Source: Nitrospirota bacterium (GTDB lineage: Bacteria; Nitrospirota; UBA9217). Taken from it: a DNA stretch of 64,000 nucleotides. Both the position numbers and the translations under genes were made by a program. Shown in pieces: positions 56,848 through 64,000 of the stretch. The stretch is from positions 608,785-672,784 of the forward strand of contig CAWBNQ010000003.1 in assembly GCA_963790205.1 (NCBI GenBank), written 5' to 3'. Under the pieces are notes generated by a model, which saw only the letters and a program-made list of their open reading frames with translations, was not told the origin of the DNA and did not search any database. Every line of letters begins with the position of its first letter. The stretch's first letter is position 1.

Positions 56848-57677
56848 CATTTGTCGAGTTTCGTTCCGCTCAACCCGTCCTGCGAACTCTTTTTAAAGAT
56901 ATTCATCATTTGCTCGATCATGCCCTTATTATTTTTTGCTTCAACAGTCATAAACTTATATGCCTCGTTTTCTGGATGAATGCTTGTGGAAATTAGCAGT
57001 TCGCTATTACTCTGTGTCAGTTCAGGTGAAAGTTTGAAAAATACTCTGTTCGGATGGCGTCGTTTATCTAACGAAAGAGTTATGCTAATGTTTGGAAATT
57101 GAAGCACCCAGCCATTGACACTTTGGCCGTCTCTTGCGGTATCCATCGGCTTTATTTTCTTTCTATAAGGCAGAAAGAAGGCACTATGCAGCGGGTCTGT
57201 CAGAAAAAAGACAAAAACATCTATATAATCAACAGCGCCACCATTATACAAGTCATTTCTTATTTTTTGCTCATAAAAACTACCGACGGAGAGTGATCGC
57301 ACCTCAAGTTGCTTTGATACACTGACACGCCACAAGACAGATGCAAAGAACTTTCTTAGTTTTGTTTTGTCGATATCGTTGAACACACATAGTTTCGTAT
57401 CTTTAGCGTCCGGGTGTGATACTCGGTCAAAGAGGCCTTGCTTGTCTCTCAATACTTGAATTGCATAAGCATCGAGTGGTTCAAAAATACCATGTTCGCA
57501 ATCCGGACACACAATTTTGTCATCGTAGATTGCTTTCTGTAATCGACGCCCTCTTTCACCCGATGAGTCATAGGTTTCAACCTTTCCCTTAGTTTCAATG
57601 TTACTAAAAAAACCAATGGAGAAGATATGAGCCTTAGCCATTTTATCTTTCTCATTTGTGCACAAGAGACACTTCAT
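56847..57677 (-). CDS. Hypothetical protein with N-terminal CxxC...CxxC/His zinc-finger (possible HNH-like).
   Basis: MKCLLC ... AKAHIFS ... VCPDCEHG. No confident family. Confidence 0.3.
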   Translation of the reverse strand: MKCLLCTNEKDKMAKAHIFSIGFFSNIETKGKVETYDSSGERGRRLQKAIYDDKIVCPDCEHGIFEPLDAYAIQVLRDKQGLFDRVSHPDAKDTKLCVFNDIDKTKLRKFFASVLWRVSVSKQLEVRSLSVGSFYEQKIRNDLYNGGAVDYIDVFVFFLTDPLHSAFFLPYRKKIKPMDTARDGQSVNGWVLQFPNISITLSLDKRRHPNRVFFKLSPELTQSNSELLISTSIHPENEAYKFMTVEAKNNKGMIEQMMNIFKKSSQDGLSGTKLDK

Positions 57678-57681
57678 TTTT

Positions 57682-58164
57682 TTACTGAGGGTTGTATCCT
57701 TTTAAATAATTAGTAACCGCCACATAATTATCCATCCACATCATAGCAAACTGAACAAGTGTCATGGGATTCGGCTCGTCAATACCAATTTGAGTTAACC
57801 ATGCTTTGGCCCAATGAATTCCATTGCCCGAATTCCTCGACTTTAACAACTCGGACACCTGGTCCATTGTCGCTTTTACTTCAATGACAAAAGGATAGCC
57901 CTCCACTATATCGGGAGAGAAGACTATCTTTTCAAGGAACTCCCTAACGTGCCGAAAGTTTGCATTTTTATCTTCTAAAGCAAGAAGTGCCAATAAGACC
58001 AGTGCCAATTTATGAAGCACAACCTTATCTTCAAAAGACGGAGAGAGTACCCAATTTGTATTCAACTTGAACCGAGAGTTTATATCTTTGTTCATGATAA
58101 AGTCGGAGAGAAGTACATCCGCCAAAATATTAGGTTTTATTTTTTTCTTACCGATGTCAAACAT
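57682..58164 (-). CDS. Hypothetical protein (same cassette as 56847..57677; 4-nt gap).
   Basis: 160-aa ORF. No recognised domain. Confidence 0.3.
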   Translation of the reverse strand: MFDIGKKKIKPNILADVLLSDFIMNKDINSRFKLNTNWVLSPSFEDKVVLHKLALVLLALLALEDKNANFRHVREFLEKIVFSPDIVEGYPFVIEVKATMDQVSELLKSRNSGNGIHWAKAWLTQIGIDEPNPMTLVQFAMMWMDNYVAVTNYLKGYNPQ

Positions 58165-58214
58165 AACGTATTTTATGATACCTTTTTTATTATTTGGCTT
58201 AGTCCAATGTTAAG

Positions 58215-58247
58215 GCTTCTTTCTGAACGCTTTATTCAGAAAGAAGC
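58215..58247. repeat. Perfect 13-bp inverted repeat GCTTCTTTCTGAA(n7)TTCAGAAAGAAGC, followed by GTTGGAC.
   Basis: Read directly. Possible degenerate attC or terminator at the cassette-cluster edge. Confidence 0.4.
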
Positions 58248-58479
58248 TGGTTGGACAAAGCCGTTGCGCGCCACGTCGCTATGGGATTTCGAATAATTTT
58301 TCAGTTTAAAGCGAAGTCCGCGGAAACGACATTGGCAGGGGCGTGAGACTTGTTCGGATGAAAAGCGGCGATTCCGGACTGCTCCGCAAGCCCCTTTCGT
58401 AAATGACTATACAGGAAAAAGAGCTTTTGGGCAATAGCGTCTCGTTGCGAAAGACATGGCTGTTTTCGGGGAGTGGGAG

Positions 58480-58700
58480 CAGCGCTCTATTGTTGAAGTG
58501 TGCGGTAATCATATCTTCGGCGGTCCTTTGCAGCGCGCAGGCTGGATGATTTCGACGGTGCGCATGGCGCGTTCGCCGCAGGCCGGATACTTGCCGACGT
58601 CGATGCCGGTGAGCCGGAGCAACGTCTTCTGCCACGTTTCCGTATTCTTTTTGGGTTGCTTCGGGACGCAGACGAGCAGTTCCCGCGCCCGGTCGAGTTT
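58480..58700 (-). pseudogene. Possible C-terminal remnant of an IS91-family (Y2 HUH) transposase.
   Basis: The minus-strand frame reads ...LHLCRREKLDRARELLVCVPKQPKKNTETWQKTLLRLTGIDVGKYPACGERAMRTVEII. The CxxCGxxM-R-x-I/V-E tail resembles IS91 TnpA C-termini. No start codon. Confidence 0.25.
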
Positions 58701-58739
58701 CTCCCTGCGGCAGAGGTGAAGAGCCCGCTTGATTTTTAA

Positions 58740-59261
58740 TCACTCCTTCAAAAACTTCTCCACCTTGTTCGCCCACACCTCATACCCCTTGCCGCTCAAA
58801 TGCACGCCGTCGTCCTGGAGATAGTCGCCGATCGGGTTTCCCTTTGAATCGACAAAAAGGCCGTAGACGTCAAGATATTCGGCGCCATGCTCGCGCGCTA
58901 TTTCAGCAAGATGACGGTTGGTGTCCTTGATGACGTTGTTACTGACCCATGACAGGTCAACGGGCAGGATGCTTTGGACCACGACCGTGGCTTTCTTGTA
59001 CCACGTGGTCAGGTTTCGCACGATCTCGCGGTAGCTGTCCGTGATGAAGTACTGCTCCATGGCGATATCATTGATGCCGGTCATGAGGAAAATAGTGTCG
59101 GGGTTATCGAGCTGCGAACGGATCCCGTCCCTGCGCGCAAGCAAGCCTTCGACCGGCTCGCCCGAGATGCCGAGGTTGGTCACGGTGTAATCGGGAAAGC
59201 GCCGCTGCCAGTCGAACCACTCGGTCAGGGAATCGCCTATGAAGACGAGATGTTTTTTCAT
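58740..59261 (-). CDS. SGNH/GDSL hydrolase-family protein.
   Basis: Block I FIGDSLT and downstream SGNH blocks (GINDI, DGVHLS). Confidence 0.75.
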   Translation of the reverse strand: MKKHLVFIGDSLTEWFDWQRRFPDYTVTNLGISGEPVEGLLARRDGIRSQLDNPDTIFLMTGINDIAMEQYFITDSYREIVRNLTTWYKKATVVVQSILPVDLSWVSNNVIKDTNRHLAEIAREHGAEYLDVYGLFVDSKGNPIGDYLQDDGVHLSGKGYEVWANKVEKFLKE

Positions 59262-59403
59262 AGGGCAGGATCTGCCAGAGAGCGCAGAGAGGACTGAAGG
59301 GTTGTTGTCATTATTCCGGGGTATTCTGTCTCAAGATTGCTTCTTTCAGCATCATTACCGAAGGCACGTTCGCGAGCCGCCCGGACTCGTCCCGGTACAT
59401 CCT

Positions 59404-59628
59404 TCAGGTGACGCCGGGCGCATTGCCGCCTTCGAAGGCGTCCTTCCCGTTTATCCAGACGGTGGGGGAGCCTTTGATCCCGAGGCTGACCGCATCGTCG
59501 TAATACACGGTCCGGTAGTTGACCTCGGTCTCGACATGCAGTTCCGCAAGCGCTTTTTCGATGTTCTCGCGGAGCTCGTAATAGGAACCGCATTGCTCGG
59601 ACGTGAATATGTCGATCTTTAAAGACAT
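59404..59628 (-). CDS. Thioredoxin-fold small protein (MTH895/ArsE-like family).
   Basis: 74 aa starting MSLKIDIFTSEQCGSY ... GSPTVWINGK, a Trx-like beta-alpha-beta pattern. Confidence 0.45.
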   Translation of the reverse strand: MSLKIDIFTSEQCGSYYELRENIEKALAELHVETEVNYRTVYYDDAVSLGIKGSPTVWINGKDAFEGGNAPGVT

Positions 59629-59705
59629 AACTCAGGGAAAGGCTAAGGTTAAGGCTGAGTAAGCCCGAACTCAACCTCAACCTTGCTTCCTCAACCTTAA
59701 GACGT

Positions 59706-59936
59706 TCATCCCACATGAATGATCGTGACCGGGCAGGAGTCGGAGGCCTCCTTCACCTTGTCCAGGAGCTCCGCCGGCGCTTCGCCCGTTGCGGGATCGC
59801 CCCCGACGCGATACTTCGTTGTCACTTCACTCCAGCTGTCGTTCGGATTCTGCTGGAAGAACTCGGGGCAGACGGTCCAGCATGATTCGCAGCTGATGCA
59901 TTCTTCCCTGGTGATCGTTACTTTTGTTTTTGCCAT
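59706..59936 (-). CDS. Ferredoxin (single [4Fe-4S]/[3Fe-4S] cluster type).
   Basis: CISCESC ... CP motif in a 77-aa protein. Confidence 0.7.
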   Translation of the reverse strand: MAKTKVTITREECISCESCWTVCPEFFQQNPNDSWSEVTTKYRVGGDPATGEAPAELLDKVKEASDSCPVTIIHVG

Positions 59937-60010
59937 GAGTACACCTCTCTTCAGTTGAATTTTTATGAAATAAAACCGCGATAGCACAATGGATTGTCCG
60001 GCTGTCAGGA

Positions 60011-60334
60011 TTAAACGAGTCTTTTTCTCTCCAGAACATCGTCTGCCCAGGAGAGCGCGGCCGAGACGGAGGGAAAACCGATCGTACTCGTGAGGAGAAT
60101 GACGGCGTGGCGTATTTCCTCGGGCTTGGCGCCGGCCGCGACGGCCCGCCGCGTGTGCGAGTGGACCGAACCTTCGGAATGGACCGCTGCGGCAGCGGCG
60201 AGCTGGACCAGCTCTGAAGTCTTTTTATTCAGCGGTCCGGCTGTCTTGGCCGCCTTGCCGAGGTTTTCCACTGCTTTCATAAGACCTTTGTACCGTTTCT
60301 GGATGCCGGTGTACTGGTTGGGCAGCTTGGGCAT
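60011..60334 (-). CDS. Carboxymuconolactone decarboxylase-family (AhpD-like) protein.
   Basis: CMD-family helical signature around HSEGSVHSHTRRAVAAGAKPEEI. Confidence 0.6.
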   Translation of the reverse strand: MPKLPNQYTGIQKRYKGLMKAVENLGKAAKTAGPLNKKTSELVQLAAAAAVHSEGSVHSHTRRAVAAGAKPEEIRHAVILLTSTIGFPSVSAALSWADDVLERKRLV

Positions 60335-60399
60335 GGGATTTCTCCTCTCGCATTCATACCGGGGTCGTCTCCCGCCTTCGGAGTTATTTTTTCAAGTGT

Positions 60400-61353
60400 A
60401 TGCAAAAAGCCGGGAATAGTCAAGTGAATGCGGCGTTTGACTCGCCGGGGGATCTATGCTACGTTTTTATCATGCAGAGCGCAGAATATCTCCGGCAGGT
60501 GGTGACCGTACTTTCAGGGGAGATCGGGGTCCGCACCTACCGGGACATGGACCGGCTCCAACGAACGGCGGAATATATCTCCGGGCAATTCAAGGCTTCC
60601 GGCTACGAGGTTTCAAGACAGCCTTTTCTCTTCCGGGGCAACACGTACCATAACGTCATCGCGGAGCTCACGGGCGGGGCTTCCCCGGAAAAAATCCTCA
60701 TCGTCGGGGCGCATTACGACACGGTTCGCACCACCTCCGGAGCGGACGACAATGCAAGCGGCGTGGCCGGCCTGCTCGACCTGGCGAGGACGCTTCGGGG
60801 GAAGAAGTTGTCGAAGACCGTACGGTTCGTTGCCTTTGCCCTTGAAGAGTCGCCGGTCTACCGCTCCCGGAACATGGGGAGCTATCACTATGCGCGGAGC
60901 TTGAAGGAAAAAAAGGAACAGGTCCTGGGCATGGTCTGCCTCGAGATGATCGGCTTCTTCTGCGACCGCGACGGCTCTCAGCATTATCCGCTCCCGTTTT
61001 TTAAATTACGATATCCTTCGCAGGGGAACTTCATCTCCCTGGTCGGCAACCTGCGCTCCCGGGCCTTTACGAAAAGGATGGCCGCGGGTTTTCGCAAGGC
61101 CGTCGATCTTCCTCTCGTCACGTTGAACGCGCCGGCGATCGTCGTGGGCATCGACTTTTCCGACCACTGGTCGTTCAACAAGTTCGGGTATGACGCGCTC
61201 ATGGTCACGGACACGGCTTTCTATCGCAACCCTCACTATCATGCGCCGACGGACCTGCCTGAGACGCTCGATTACGGACGGATGGCCAAGGTGGTCGAGG
61301 GGCTCACCGCGGCAGTGGGGGAATGGGGAGGGAGCGACGGAGGCGGGGCATGA
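60400..61353 (+). CDS. M28-family zinc aminopeptidase.
   Basis: HYDTV ... GADDNASGVAGLLDLAR ... EE ... H metal-ligand pattern. Confidence 0.8.
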   Translation: MQKAGNSQVNAAFDSPGDLCYVFIMQSAEYLRQVVTVLSGEIGVRTYRDMDRLQRTAEYISGQFKASGYEVSRQPFLFRGNTYHNVIAELTGGASPEKILIVGAHYDTVRTTSGADDNASGVAGLLDLARTLRGKKLSKTVRFVAFALEESPVYRSRNMGSYHYARSLKEKKEQVLGMVCLEMIGFFCDRDGSQHYPLPFFKLRYPSQGNFISLVGNLRSRAFTKRMAAGFRKAVDLPLVTLNAPAIVVGIDFSDHWSFNKFGYDALMVTDTAFYRNPHYHAPTDLPETLDYGRMAKVVEGLTAAVGEWGGSDGGGA

Positions 61354-61450
61354 GAGATGAAAAGAAGCGGGAACACCCGGGGAATATTGACAATCCCGTC
61401 GTTTCCGTGTATTTTTAAGGCAGGCGCATTGTTATTATAAGGAGGATGGC

Positions 61451-61696
61451 GTGAAGAAAGCATGTTTACTACTGGCATTGTTTTTCCTGTTTTCATCGGC
61501 AGCGGTTTTTGCCGACGAAGAGAAGGAATCGGCAAAGGAAGGATTCAAGGAAGTCCAGAGTGGAATGAAAAAAGTGGCCAAGGCTGTTGATAAGAAGGCC
61601 AAGCAAGGCGCAAAAAAGATCGACAAGACCGCCAAGAAGACCTGGAAACAGATCGGACACGACATTCATCATCAGGATCAGGCCGGCAAGGACTGA
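61451..61696 (+). CDS. Small secreted Lys-rich protein, hypothetical.
   Basis: Signal peptide followed by KK-rich repeats. Confidence 0.35.
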   Translation: MKKACLLLALFFLFSSAAVFADEEKESAKEGFKEVQSGMKKVAKAVDKKAKQGAKKIDKTAKKTWKQIGHDIHHQDQAGKD

Positions 61697-61816
61697 CGCC
61701 CCAAGGACTTTCCGGGATGACCACGTCCGGCCTTCCCTTTCCGGTTCCTCGAAAACTCCATTGACATTCCTGCCGCTCCCCTATATTCTATTTCGGTCAG
61801 TCGATACCTTCAGAGT

Positions 61817-64000
61817 GTGAGGCACGGCATGATCCTGACCAGGATTCAAGAAACGGCAGCGCGGCATCCCGACGACACAGCCGTCCAAATGAAGTCTGAC
61901 AACGCGTACCGGCAATACACCTATCGGGACCTGGTGCAGGGCACGGCGTCCGTTGCCCGCTCCCTCTCGGAGGGGGGGATCGGGAAGGGCGACCGCGTGG
62001 CCCTTCTTTCCGAGAACCGTCCCGAATGGATCTTCGCCTATCTCTCGACGGTCTCGCTCGGGGCGGTCATCGTTCCGCTCGACGCGCAGTTCACTGACAA
62101 GGAGGTGGCGCTCCTTCTTGCAAACTCCGGGGCAAAGGCGGTCTTCGTGTCCGCGGCAGGCAGGCCGAAGCTTCCCCCGACCAATCGCTCATGATACTTT
62201 CCTTTGACGCCGGGGAAGGTCTTTCTTTCCCGGAGATGCTCACGGCCCATCTTGACGCAGAAATACCTCCCGCGCCTTCGCCCGGCGATACGGCCGCGCT
62301 TCTCTACACCTCGGGCACGACCGGCGACCCCAAAGGGGTGATGCTTTCCCACGGAAACCTGGCATCGAACCGCGAAAGCGTTATCCGGCTGAACCTGATC
62401 GGTCACGGGGACAACCTTCTCTGTCTTCTCCCGCTGCACCATACCTATCCCGCCATCGCCTGTATCTTCTACGCTCTCGCCGTCGGCGCGAAGGTGACGA
62501 TCCTGAACAGCCTGAAGGGCCCCGATATCCTCGCGTGCATGAAGGAGACGAACGTGAGCGTCATGCTCGGCGTGCCGCAGTTGTTCGCCGGCCTGCGCCG
62601 CGCCATCTTTGACGAAATACGGAAAAAACCTGTTGTCGTGCGGCTGCTCGTAAAAATTCTTCTCAGCATGAACGGCCTGTTCAGGAAGACCGCGAACGTG
62701 AATGTGGGTAAGGCGCTCTTCGGCAAGGTGCACGCCCGGTTCGGGCCCGGGTTCAGGCTTTTTGCGAGCGGCGGGGCGCGGCTCGATCCCGACGTGTACA
62801 CCGACATGACCAGGCTCGGGTTCACCATCATCGAAGGGTACGGCCTGACCGAGACCTCGCCGGTCTGCACCTTCAACCCCGTTTCGAAGCAGAAGCCGGG
62901 CTCGATCGGCATCCCGGTCCCCGGCGTCGAGGTCAGGATCGCGAACCCCGATGAGCACGGCCAGGGAGAGCTCGCGGTGCGCGGACCGAACGTGATGCTC
63001 GGTTATTACAAAAAACCCGCGGGAAACCGCCGAAGTGCTGAAGGACGGCTGGTTCTATACCGGCGACCTGGGGTTCCGGGACAAGGACGGGTACTTTTTC
63101 ATCACCGGCAGGTCCAAGGAGATGATCGTGCTCCCTACGGGGAAGAAGATATTTCCCGAGGAGCTCGAGAAGTTCTACAAACAGATCCCCGCGATCAAGG
63201 AAATTTGCCTCATTCAGGGCGAGCGCGGGCTTGAGGCGGCCGTGGTCCCCGATTTCGATTATCTCCGGAAGATGAACCTTTCAAATTCGCGCGAGACCAT
63301 CGCGTTCGAGATCGAAGACCTCGCCAAAGACCTGCCGCCCTACAAACGGATCTCGGGCCTCAAGATATTCAAGGAGTCCCTGCCCGTAACGCGTCTGGGC
63401 AAGCTCAAGAGGAGCCTGGTAAAAGACCTGTATGAAAAGGGCGGCGAACGGGCGGAGAAAGCGGTGGAGGAAATCGACGGCAACCTGCTTGCGGACCCGG
63501 TTGCGAAGAAGCTGCTCGCGTGCCTTGAACCCTTTTCCGCAAAAAAGAACATCGTGCCCGACGACAACCTGGAACTCGACCTCGGGCTCGATTCGCTTTC
63601 GAGGGTGGAGCTGGTCGTGAGCCTCGAAAAGACCCTGGGCCTCAGCCTGCCGGAGTCCTTCGGCTCCGAGATCTTTACGGTAAAAGACGCGGTGCTGAAG
63701 CTCCGGGAGCTGATCGCTTCGGGACCGGTGAAGGCCGGCGAGCAGGTGCGGCTGACCTGGGCCGAGATCCTCGTTCAGGAGCCTTCCGACGGGGTGCAAC
63801 AAACGCTCAGCCTCGAATCGGGCCTGCTCTGCAGCATCGGCAAGTATCTCCTCAAAGGGTTTCTCAAGGTATTTTTCAAGGTCTACAACCGCCTTTCAAT
63901 ACGCGGCCTCGAGAACCTCCCGAAAAGAGGGCCCTATATTATCGCGCCGAACCATTTGAGCCTTGCCGATGCTCCGGCTGTCATGGCTTCGGTCACCTGG
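61817..64000 (+). CDS. Tri-domain fusion: long-chain fatty-acid-CoA ligase (AMP-binding), acyl carrier protein, and PlsC-type acyltransferase. It has two frameshifts and continues past the window end.
   Basis: AMP-binding motifs: LLYTSGTTGDPKGV, GYGLTE and GWFYTGD. PP-binding site LGLDSLSRVEL. Acyltransferase NHxxxxD motif IIAPNHLSLAD. Frame changes near 62190 (C5 run) and near 63012 (A6 run). Confidence 0.75.

Noticed and set aside
58306-58776. 156-aa minus-strand ORF and 87-aa plus-strand ORF.
   Set aside because: They have low-complexity R/P/H-rich composition. The region is better explained by an IS91-like transposase C-terminal remnant in another minus frame.

Overview
This is a high-GC chromosomal segment with deltaproteobacterial-type content (sulfate-reducer- or syntroph-like: octaheme cytochrome c, Cys-type FdhA, CstA, LarB/LarC, radical SAM, two-component systems). 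Two lower-GC accessory islands interrupt it.

Island 1, about 11.55-19.4 kb, is a complete chromosomal integron. It has an intI gene with the IntI-specific insertion (split by a +1 frameshift, with an unusual N-terminal extension), an attI region with GGGGTAT direct repeats, and a minus-strand cassette array with at least four well-formed, near-identical attC sites. The cassettes encode a SIR2-like protein, a Hypoth_Ymh/Abi-like protein, a HigB/HigA-type toxin-antitoxin pair, lipoproteins and unknowns.

Island 2, about 52.5-58.3 kb, is a second cassette cluster with no integrase (CALIN-like). It has at least four attC sites. One attC is interrupted by a group II intron (RT/maturase, no endonuclease domain) lying antisense to the cassettes, as described for group IIC-attC introns. 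An IS91-like transposase remnant sits at its edge.

The backbone carries:
- an MFS exporter
- a sensor kinase, a stand-alone receiver and a PpsA-like enzyme
- an ABC-2 transporter, an ArsS-like radical SAM and a HAD hydrolase
- an FAD disulfide oxidoreductase
- an FdhA with AsrA/AsrB-like beta/gamma subunits
- pyruvate kinase
- a larB-larC-nadE-rsmI string punctuated by three copies of an inverted-repeat element, one carrying a GxxExxY gene
- gpsA
- a tri-domain acyl-CoA ligase-ACP-acyltransferase fusion running off the 3' edge

At least seven genes are split by single-base frameshifts, several at homopolymers, so indel errors in the assembly are likely and pseudogene calls are provisional. 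No rRNA, tRNA or CRISPR was recognised. Coordinates of non-CDS features are approximate (plus or minus 2 nt).
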